Shown here one piece after another: positions 36,901 to 43,264 of a stretch of 47,651 nucleotides of DNA. Positions within the stretch are counted from its first letter, which is position 1. Each line of letters opens with the position of its first letter. The notes below the pieces were generated by a model that saw nothing but the letters and a program-made list of their open reading frames with translations, ran no database searches and was not told the DNA's origin. A program made the translations under genes and the position numbers. Origin of the DNA: an uncultured Thermoplasmata archaeon (GTDB lineage: Archaea; Thermoplasmatota; Penumbrarchaeia; JAEHCK01; CBDVCJ01); NCBI GenBank assembly GCA_965372445.1, contig CBDVCJ010000001.1:1-47651 (forward strand), written 5' to 3'.

Positions 36901-37997
36901 GGCTGGCTTGAGGAATCCAGGGTAATCCAAAATTCAGGGTCGGCACCGATATTAAACCTTCGCTGATCTTGACCGCTTGTACTTTGACCGGTAATAAGGA
37001 ACGAATCCTTACCATCAAGCGGTCCGGGTTGGATAGTGTCAGTCGTAGGGTCAATAACAACCGGATACTGCCGTTCCGGCGCCACAAGCCACGAGTATGG
37101 CGTTTTTATAGAAAATAATATTCTGTTTTTAATTAACGAATATTGTGCTTGCAAATCGTATTGGCATTCAACAGAATTAAACGAATTGGATTGTTCATAC
37201 GCAACCGGTGCGGGGATCCTGAAAACACCTTCATTATTTTCGTCTCGGAACTCGATCTCCGAGGAGGTCGTTAATGCTTCACCATTTAGAACTAATTCTT
37301 CGTTATCAATATATAATGATAAGCCATCCGAGTATTCGATATATCCATAATAATCAAGTGTAAGTTTATCATTTGACGCATCATATGCTGCCAACTCCTC
37401 CGGGGAATTGGTGAGCAATATGTTGTGTTTCAATTTATTTAATCCGACGACATATTCATCAATGGTATTTGGAAATGCATTCGTAAAGCTAATTTTATTC
37501 TCCTCTATTTCGGCACCAACGTCGTTAACAATCGCACCGAATATCGGGGCGCCATTTGTATCTACAATCGTCATCCCGAGAGGTTCCCATGTTAACCAAT
37601 CATTATCGGCCGCAGTCTTCACGGTCTGGGTTGTCTCCGCGTAATCATTACTGAAATATGCCTTCAGGCCATTCTCCTCACATGCGAAATCGTAATCATT
37701 TGTCGGGTCCTCGTAAGGCCGAATCGTTGTATCTATTTCCTGCCAATTACCTGTATCATCTTTATAATGGACAGGTCCGATATAGATCTCGGCGGTTGTT
37801 GTTCCGTCCGGGTTAGGATAAAATTTTGCATTGCTCGTTCGCATTGATATTTGTTCGAGTTCATTATCATTCAGTTTAATCTTAGTTTCCAGCAAATCTT
37901 TTGGGTTTTCAAAACTCGTAAGTGCATTAACTGTTGGTAATAAAAATGTCAATACTACCAGAATACCCACTAACAATCTAATGTTCGTATTATTCAT
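33930..37997 (-). CDS. Giant single-pass surface protein: DNRLRE-like module, cadherin-like repeats, PKD, TM helix, Q/M-rich tail and zinc ribbon
   Basis: 1355 aa with a signal peptide. One module reads ADLEIYCH...MDIYRVNKDWIEG...VNWNT (tentatively DNRLRE-type). About five repeats end in NDAPV/NDAPL/NDPPI. A PKD-like module reads DPDGDTVDYYWDF...TVTLTVVDLYG. After the TM helix the tail is QQYQQMY...QQYQQQYMQM and ends in CSNC-x12-CPEC. Confidence 0.85.
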   Translation of the reverse strand: MNNTNIRLLVGILVVLTFLLPTVNALTSFENPKDLLETKIKLNDNELEQISMRTSNAKFYPNPDGTTTAEIYIGPVHYKDDTGNWQEIDTTIRPYEDPTNDYDFACEENGLKAYFSNDYAETTQTVKTAADNDWLTWEPLGMTIVDTNGAPIFGAIVNDVGAEIEENKISFTNAFPNTIDEYVVGLNKLKHNILLTNSPEELAAYDASNDKLTLDYYGYIEYSDGLSLYIDNEELVLNGEALTTSSEIEFRDENNEGVFRIPAPVAYEQSNSFNSVECQYDLQAQYSLIKNRILFSIKTPYSWLVAPERQYPVVIDPTTDTIQPGPLDGKDSFLITGQSTSGQDQRRFNIGADPEFWITLDSSSQPIRGIIQFGFSSLPQDADITQADLEIYCHNAPTGDALTMDIYRVNKDWIEGDGTSTGAIIDSGVNWNTTDGTTRWDTPGGDHDTASSGSTSVTGVGWYTWDISQLAADWHGGTKDNYGALIIGSGGAAAIKFLRTSDHTTASERPKIKVTYISNYKPHIKTGAVENINFNEDDPTRYIDLNSIFGDQDVGDTLTFSIWTGTVWNEVQPYDSLWITAEILVNDSVEITPKSNKFGADTIQLNATDTSSEFVHHSIIVVISSVNDAPVINDTTEWKVGFSIPPPDITSGKVKGKEDVYINVTVSAYDPVERDALTYSDNTTLFDIISGTGYISFRPKNEDVGIHYVEIKVDDGYSENNIKTVDVIFEITNTNDAPVIAKFVHGITIDTVTSGQDTVELSDHVKQDKYYNFTVVAKDDDMSTPLGDILGFKVTPEEKFTVKKDKIDPTKANISFKPTNEDVGDFEAEVRVTDSINYFDKIKIIIEVKNVNDAPLIFQVKKGIYDEEIDEDTNEIVLEDENEATEHQKYTFTILAREMDPDDEIEFSTDNNKLFGLTENVDETDLDENIFAMDVTFTPTPEHGRLGYATINITVKDNLKSFDWLIVNVSVKNQNDPPIVSSTNLNAFTKDSDPDTRKTKENLTWTFEALDIVDPDGDTVDYYWDFDADDGSTDDEDAEGETVLWTFEEGREYTVTLTVVDLYGASNSTSETITVIPPDTSKRGDDSDKSAGFPFEWIIISIVIVLVIIFVVAFLFLKKRREEQEAEEEAEMEQIAAQAAASSGYGYAYAGVETAGAPGMMMPAGAAAQPDQQYGGLTPEQYAMYQQYQQMYPTLTIEQFAQYMQQYAQMQPDQFQQYQQQYMQMSMQQSPEYAQQTQPAYEMEATAEQPVMAPVEQAQPELSLPPPAATSGIGDELQAKLPPASESEPVAPKTPKLKQPKIKSSPKVKSSEDSGGDADSSEAESEGDEQGQCSNCGTPIKDGWFICPECKNPIV

Positions 37998-38240
37998 TTA
38001 CTTGCCTCCAATAAATTGTCCTTATTACCCCCGGCCTGAAGGCCGGAGCCCATTATTTTTCATGTACCTAAATTACCTCATTAACTCAAATGTTTGAAAT
38101 TTGACATGATATTAATTTGCTCTTAACTCACTGGCCTAAAAGACCAGGGTTTCTAAATGTCTTGTAAACATATCTCCAATGGTATTTATTATTAGGGTTA
38201 GATTTTATTATTTAATGAATTTATCTGTTAAATAACACCT

Positions 38241-38684
38241 TCATGCAACCTCCATGCCAGATGAGGTTGTACTTTTGCCTTTATCTTTTCTTTGGATATT
38301 GATCTGTGGTAACGGGAACGGAGGTGGGAGCTTAAGATCGCGCGAGATCATTGTGGCTTCGGGTACACAGGTGCGCATGACCGCGGTATGAATTTCAGAT
38401 GCGATCTCATCCGGCATATTTGCTTTGGTACTCCATTGCTGAGCCAACGCCGCTGCATCGCCTTCATAGATCAAAGAACCTTCGATCTTGATCATACCTA
38501 CCCCGCCGTAATTCGCAGTATATCTGAAATCGATATTTGCCTCCTTGTCATTGATCTCAGTTATTAATGTAACTGTGCTATTATTATCGATCCTTATATT
38601 TCGCACTTTTTCATCACGTTTGGTAAACCTCCGCGCTTCGACCGAGGTTAATTCTAGGGCTTTAATTGACATATTCATACACAT
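38241..38684 (-). CDS. Hypothetical protein (weak SecB-like pattern)
   Basis: 147-aa ORF. The likely start is at MSIKALEL (38672). The C-terminal CVPEATMISRDLKLPPPFPLPQINI is reminiscent of the SecB CP..LFPYARE......FP.L.L.PVNF region. This is a low-confidence by-eye call. Confidence 0.5.
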   Translation of the reverse strand: MCMNMSIKALELTSVEARRFTKRDEKVRNIRIDNNSTVTLITEINDKEANIDFRYTANYGGVGMIKIEGSLIYEGDAAALAQQWSTKANMPDEIASEIHTAVMRTCVPEATMISRDLKLPPPFPLPQINIQRKDKGKSTTSSGMEVA

Positions 38685-38863
38685 CCAAATAAACTAGTTT
38701 TTTTAGCTCCCATGTTTAAAATTAACATTAAGTAAAGGCGATTTTATTAATAATATTTACTATACCACTTTAAAGTTATTGGTAATATATAAAAGTTAGG
38801 GACTTATGTGATGGCATAAACCTGGATTTAATGTACTAATGTCTGTGGTTAGTAAGTCTAAAA

Positions 38864-39183
38864 AGTTGTGAGTGTCCGTGGGATTGCTATTTTTACGCCA
38901 GAGGATGTGGGATTGCTTTAAGGTTGCCATTTGATGTGGGATTACCATTTAATAACCTGATGGTGTAGGATTGCCATTATATTGATAAAAGACATTGGAC
39001 TGTTTAATTAAACAATAACTTCGTGAATCAAACGAAAAACACTCCAACGCATCAACAAAATGGCAATCAGTTCCCACACCCAATGGCTAAACTTGACAAT
39101 CCTACACAATTTAGCAAATAGTTAGCAATCCTACACCAATGGACGAAATTTTAACAATCCCACTTGGAGCTATTATAACAACT
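38864..39183 (+). repeat. Family-B phased inverted-array element, copy B3
   Basis: The left terminus is AGTTGTGAGT (38864-38873). Forward cores start at 38878, 38907, 38936, 38965 and 38994. Reverse cores start at 39043, 39072, 39100, 39129 and 39158. The right terminus is degenerate (AACAACT, 39177-39183) and abuts the arcS stop at 39185. Confidence 0.9.
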
Positions 39184-39184
39184 G

Positions 39185-41053
39185 TCACGTATGGTGTCGG
39201 ACCTTAACCGCCACCCCGCGTTTACTTCTTAATATCTCAGGTGTGCTCATTACCGCTTTGCCCACACCCCGAAGCTCGTCTTTATGTAGTATCACAACCT
39301 CGTCCTCAATTCTGATATCCGGATCAGCATCGGTAATACCCACCGCCATCACGCTGCCTTTTGGCTTGAAATCGTCAATTTCCACCCAAAAAGAATGGCT
39401 GGCCGCCAAAACCTTTGCGCCTTCCAGTGTAAGTGAAATCATACCGCGCTCGGCGATCAGCATCCCCAGCTGTTCTTTGCCGCAAAATATTTTCAGATAA
39501 GGATATTTTCCTTTGATCGTGATCTCACGGTCTTTAAAAAACCTTTCACCTATCTCGCCAAATTGAAACTTCAATATATTCACCATATATTCCTTCAACC
39601 GTTCCTGCTGTGGAATATGCTCATATTGTTGGGCAACTTCAGTTAGGTTTTTTGCCAAATTCATAAGCGCGCTCTGGGACGTTGGGTGTGAACCGTTGCA
39701 AGTTTTTATAATATCAATATCCAGAGTTTGGAATAGCTGCTCCACGATCTCTAATAACTCACCGTTGAGATGCACAATGATATTATCATATCGGTTATTT
39801 TCAATAAACCACTTCAGATCCTGGTCGATCATAGCCTTCTCCGAATGGTCCCAGGCTCCTGAGACCGGGATATCGTATTGTTGGGCCGGATAAAATAATT
39901 CTAACTCACGCGGTACCACCCCCAACGGAGAGGTCAGTATTACCTCATGAACCACACTTGGATTTGCAGAACTTATTAATGCCTGCCTGAACAATTTATG
40001 CGATCTCGAGCTGGAATAGGGTTTACGGGCAGAACAAGGAAGCAACAACAATATCTTTGACGCAGAGGGTTTATTATATCGTGCTTTCAATCGATCTCTA
40101 AACCTTTTCACCTCTGGTCGCCCGATCGCTCCCGACGATACGGCAATGAGTCTCGAACGGCGCATTATAGGCAAATAGAGCTCTTGAAAGTCATAATACT
40201 CCAGATCACCGATCTTCAAAACCGTGGTGAGCCACGGCTCGGATATTGCCCGCTGCTCAACGAGCTCACGCAGCGAGCCGTTGTTAATTGCAGTTCTGAT
40301 AGTCCCTAATTCGGATAAGGCAGAATAATAATTGTGATGAAGTATATGTTCAAACCCGAATTTTTCCGGATCACCGGTTTCCGCAGCGTTACATGCCGGG
40401 CAATAGCAAAATCTTCCACCCTCATAAATAGCATCTTTCGAATATTTACCATTATTATTTAGTAAAACACCATCTCGTGCATTCAAAATTAATCGGGTCG
40501 TATCGATGAGGTCAATTCCACAATAAATTAATAATGCCAATTGGTTTGGCACCCCAATTGCTGGTGCATAAAGTGGTTTGTGATAACCAATGGCCTTTTT
40601 TACCTTGATGACGGCCTCCACAAAACCACGCGGGTTGCGAAGCAATTCGATCGCATTACCCAAAACATATAGTTCCGCATTCGGGTTGATCTGGTCGGCT
40701 AAATCTTCGGTCGAGTAGTTATGGATCATATAAACATCAGTTTCTTCTGAATATTCCTCTTGGTCATCAAACAATTCATTACAGCTTAGGGGATAGCCCA
40801 AATCTGCCGGTATGGTCAATTCCGGGTTGCCGATCGTGTCCTCCTCCAAATCGGTGCTGAACTTACTGCCCGAGTCAATAATGTATGGCTTATTTGTTTG
40901 GAGGCTATGGTCTGCAATAAAAATATCGGCCTCTGAGAATGGCTTGAACCGTTCTGAGGCTATAAAAAATATATTCGGAGTCGTGATCGTTGTATTTCTA
41001 AGGCTCCAATTAGCAACTCTACCAAGCCCGTCACGGTTAGTTATCTCGAACAC
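39185..41053 (-). CDS. arcS: Archaeosine synthase (ArcTGT paralog, TgtA2 type) with C-terminal PUA domain
   Basis: 622 aa. The N-terminus MFEITNRDGLGRV is TGT-like and the Zn motif CYCPAC...H is present. LLPCSARKPYSSSRSH fits the PC-x3-KPY-x2-S-x2-H motif reported for ArcS. The C-terminus is PUA-like. Confidence 0.75.
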   Translation of the reverse strand: MFEITNRDGLGRVANWSLRNTTITTPNIFFIASERFKPFSEADIFIADHSLQTNKPYIIDSGSKFSTDLEEDTIGNPELTIPADLGYPLSCNELFDDQEEYSEETDVYMIHNYSTEDLADQINPNAELYVLGNAIELLRNPRGFVEAVIKVKKAIGYHKPLYAPAIGVPNQLALLIYCGIDLIDTTRLILNARDGVLLNNNGKYSKDAIYEGGRFCYCPACNAAETGDPEKFGFEHILHHNYYSALSELGTIRTAINNGSLRELVEQRAISEPWLTTVLKIGDLEYYDFQELYLPIMRRSRLIAVSSGAIGRPEVKRFRDRLKARYNKPSASKILLLLPCSARKPYSSSRSHKLFRQALISSANPSVVHEVILTSPLGVVPRELELFYPAQQYDIPVSGAWDHSEKAMIDQDLKWFIENNRYDNIIVHLNGELLEIVEQLFQTLDIDIIKTCNGSHPTSQSALMNLAKNLTEVAQQYEHIPQQERLKEYMVNILKFQFGEIGERFFKDREITIKGKYPYLKIFCGKEQLGMLIAERGMISLTLEGAKVLAASHSFWVEIDDFKPKGSVMAVGITDADPDIRIEDEVVILHKDELRGVGKAVMSTPEILRSKRGVAVKVRHHT

Positions 41054-41218
41054 AATGAATCACGAGTGGCAAATGGTAATCATTGTTTTTATAATTTCTT
41101 TTTAAAATCCAATGTCGGGGTGCGAATGGCGAATACTATTGAAGAATATTTCCAATATTCAAATACTACCAATACTACCAATGAAATCCCAATGGCAAAA
41201 TTCCAAGACCCAAGCTTT

Positions 41219-41274
41219 AAAAATCCTGAAAGGATTTTTAATGCGAGGTAACTTGGCGTAGCAAGTTACCGCAG
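41219..41274 (-). repeat. Family-A double-hairpin module, copy A3
   Basis: The + strand reads AAAAATCCT-gaa-AGGATTTTT, then AATGCGAG, then GTAACTT-ggcgtagc-AAGTTAC, then CGCAG. Confidence 0.85.
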
Positions 41275-41278
41275 CCGT

Positions 41279-41334
41279 AAAAAAGCCGAAGGGTTTTTTA
41301 GGGCGAGGCAACTTGACGAAGTAAGTTGCCGCAG
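41279..41334 (-). repeat. Family-A double-hairpin module, copy A4
   Basis: The + strand reads AAAAAAGCC-gaa-GGGTTTTTT, then AGGGCGAG, then GCAACTT-gacgaagt-AAGTTGC, then CGCAG. Its hairpin 1 is identical to that of A5. Confidence 0.85.
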
Positions 41335-41494
41335 ATGCAAGTTCCAAACAAATCCCAAAATTCAAGTACCGAAATTCCAAACGACATTAAAATTTGGATT
41401 TTGGTATTTGGTTCTTGGTACTTGCATAATTTGGTACTATTGGAAATATTAATAAAACAAATAAATCAACGCGTTGCCCCACAAACCGTCACAT

Positions 41495-41731
41495 TTAGCC
41501 TTTAGGTCGTGTGTAGATGACTTTATAGCGGTCTGGGTACTCTTTAAAACAAGTATCACATCCCTCATCCAGTTCTTCCGGTATAACAGGTTCGAGCCTC
41601 ACTTCCAGCCCAAGTGATTCATACATCTCTTTAGCCTCAGACAGTCTTGGCTCGTCGTAGATGAACCTGCGGGTCCAACCCTCCTTTTGCAATTGTCCAT
41701 CGCGAGTTACATCTTGGTTATCTTCTGTCAT
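41495..41731 (-). CDS. Small conserved-looking hypothetical protein (78 aa)
   Basis: The ORF has balanced composition (GWTRRFIYDEPRLSEAKEMYESLGLEVRLEPV...C..C...YKVIYTR). No family recognised. Confidence 0.55.
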   Translation of the reverse strand: MTEDNQDVTRDGQLQKEGWTRRFIYDEPRLSEAKEMYESLGLEVRLEPVIPEELDEGCDTCFKEYPDRYKVIYTRPKG

Positions 41732-41752
41732 ATTAACGCCCCGTTTCAGATA

Positions 41753-41967
41753 GGTTTCGAACTGCGGTCTCGGTTTCGAAGCTCGTAGGGTTAGCTTGAC
41801 GATTTTTAATATATTCTATTAAAGTCAAGCGAGGCCTGAGGGCACGAATGTGCCCGTGTCGATGCTCGTCGGTCGGTTTCGGCCGGTTACGAATTTCGCA
41901 ACCCAAACGCAACCGATTAACGAACTTCGAAACGAGCATCGTAACCGAAACCCTAAACGAGAAACCG
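41753..41967. repeat. Composite palindromic spacer sharing modules with 25978-26525
   Basis: CGTAGGGTTAGCTTGACGA (41784-41802) is identical to 26029-26047. GTCAAGC (41824-41830) pairs with GCTTGAC. GGGCAC-gaat-GTGCCC is at 41840-41855. GATGCTCGT pairs with ACGAGCATC, and GGTTACGA with TCGTAACC. Confidence 0.8.
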
Positions 41968-41977
41968 TTAACTATTC

Positions 41978-42844
41978 TTATGGTATTAGTCTGGCTACAT
42001 TCATATTAAGCTCGAGCCCCAACGCATTCGCCACCGGCGGACATTTGGTCCGCAATAAATACGCGATCGGCCGGTAATCGGTCTCTGAAAACGCTTCGAA
42101 ATTGCCCATGCCTTTGGATATTATCAGATCGACGGACTCGATCTTAGCCTGCAACTCAGGCGTGATCTTCTCGAAATCGACCCCGACAGCATAAGCATTG
42201 GTCGTTAGTACTTCGTCCACTTCAGCTTCTAATCCAAGCTTTTCAACATCTTCCATGGTAGCATCGTTAAGGATTGGCGCGCCTTTGACAATTAGTGTTA
42301 TATACACACCTAGCTTCTTAATCTCTCTGAGCAACAATTTATCGAAAATAATCTCGCCGCAGTTATCCGTGAAAAACAGGATTTTCGCATCCTTTTGGAG
42401 ATATTTTCTGATTTTATCAACATCATCAATATGTAATCCTTCCATACATAATTCATCGAATTTATGATCTAATGCTTCAGGGTTCTCAGCACTGCCTTCG
42501 ATCCCGAAATCGAGCACATTGCCCGCAATTGCACATACCACTGCCGCATGAAGTTTATCCTCGGCTTGTGCTAGGAATTGCTCGGCTTTAGGTAATAATT
42601 TCAGTGCAACGGTGTTGCACCTGGCTTTGATGTCGGTGTAAGGGTCGTTGGTGCCTAGGACTCCAAGCACTCTTTTATGGAGTTTAGTCGATACCTCGAT
42701 CGAGCATTTATCTTCTGAATAATCCTCGGCCAAAACATTACAGGCCTCTCTAATTACGGCTTGGGCTTTGGCATCATCCACGAGCGACGCCTCAAATACC
42801 GCACGCCTTAGCAAGCATGGTACACAATGTGATGTGATCTTCAT
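41978..42844 (-). CDS. DUF89 (ARMT1-like) damage-control phosphatase
   Basis: The N-terminus is MKITSHCVPCLLRR and the metal-site motifs DNCGEIIFD and SKGMGNFE are present. I prefer ATG 42844. The track start 42994 extends into the repeat region. Confidence 0.8.
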   Translation of the reverse strand: MKITSHCVPCLLRRAVFEASLVDDAKAQAVIREACNVLAEDYSEDKCSIEVSTKLHKRVLGVLGTNDPYTDIKARCNTVALKLLPKAEQFLAQAEDKLHAAVVCAIAGNVLDFGIEGSAENPEALDHKFDELCMEGLHIDDVDKIRKYLQKDAKILFFTDNCGEIIFDKLLLREIKKLGVYITLIVKGAPILNDATMEDVEKLGLEAEVDEVLTTNAYAVGVDFEKITPELQAKIESVDLIISKGMGNFEAFSETDYRPIAYLLRTKCPPVANALGLELNMNVARLIP

Positions 42845-42920
42845 TTTGGAACCTCGGAATAATATAAACCAGTGGAAGTGTAATATATCAATATATTTAA
42901 AATATTTTAATTCGTTAAAT

Positions 42921-43223
42921 AGTGGAAAGGGTAGGTTTGGGATGTGGCTTATTAAATTCCAAGAACCAAGAGACAAATTCCAAACAAATCCCAAGGTTCA
43001 AATACCAAGTTCCAAAAAAATCCAAATGTGAAGGCCTAAAGATTAATTAATTGGAATTTTGGAATTGGTACTTGCGGCAACTTACTTCGTCAAGTTGCCT
43101 CGCATTGAAAATCCTTTCAGGATTTCCAAAGTTGGAGCTTGTTTGGCTCTTGGAGGTTTGCTTCTTGGAGTTTTGCATTGCCCACATACCTCATACCACA
43201 CACCACCGCCCCATCTTACCACT
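42921..43223. repeat. ~300-bp nested palindrome enclosing module A5
   Basis: The outer arms are AGTGGAAAGGGTAGGTTTGGGATGTGG (42921-42947) vs CCCACATACC...CCACACACCACCGCCCCATCTTACCACT (43181-43223). The last 28 nt match the reverse complement of 19279-19306 at 26/28. Inner CCAAG/TTCCAAA arrays face TTGGA arrays. Confidence 0.8.
43073..43131 (+). repeat. Family-A double-hairpin module, copy A5
   Basis: GGCAACTT-acttcgtc-AAGTTGCC (43076-43099), then TCGC, then GAAAATCCT-ttc-AGGATTTCC (43107-43127), then AAAG. Confidence 0.85.
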
Positions 43224-43264
43224 GAAAATAATTTAACAATAATGGGGCTTTTAATTAATAAAGA

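Larger units (their letters stand above)
41145..41450. repeat. ~300-bp nested palindrome enclosing modules A3 and A4
   Basis: The terminal 13-nt inverted repeat is AATATTTCCAATA (41145-41157) vs TATTGGAAATATT (41438-41450). TACCAA arrays are mirrored by TTGGTA arrays. An inner TTCCAAA/TTTGGA hairpin lies at about 41337-41425. Confidence 0.8.

Noticed and set aside
39185-41053. Calling this gene archaeosine tRNA-guanine transglycosylase (tgtA).
   Set aside because: The PC-x3-KPY-x2-S-x2-H segment points to the ArcS paralog instead. Some uncertainty remains and is noted in the findings.
42845-42994. Several track ORFs carry N-terminal extensions: DUF89 to 42994, pyrB to 16005, riboflavin synthase to 10648 and the 912-aa gene to 22263.
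   Set aside because: The extensions run into repeat spacers or overlap the upstream gene. They precede an internal ATG that restores the family-typical N-terminus ([39 protein letters not shown]).
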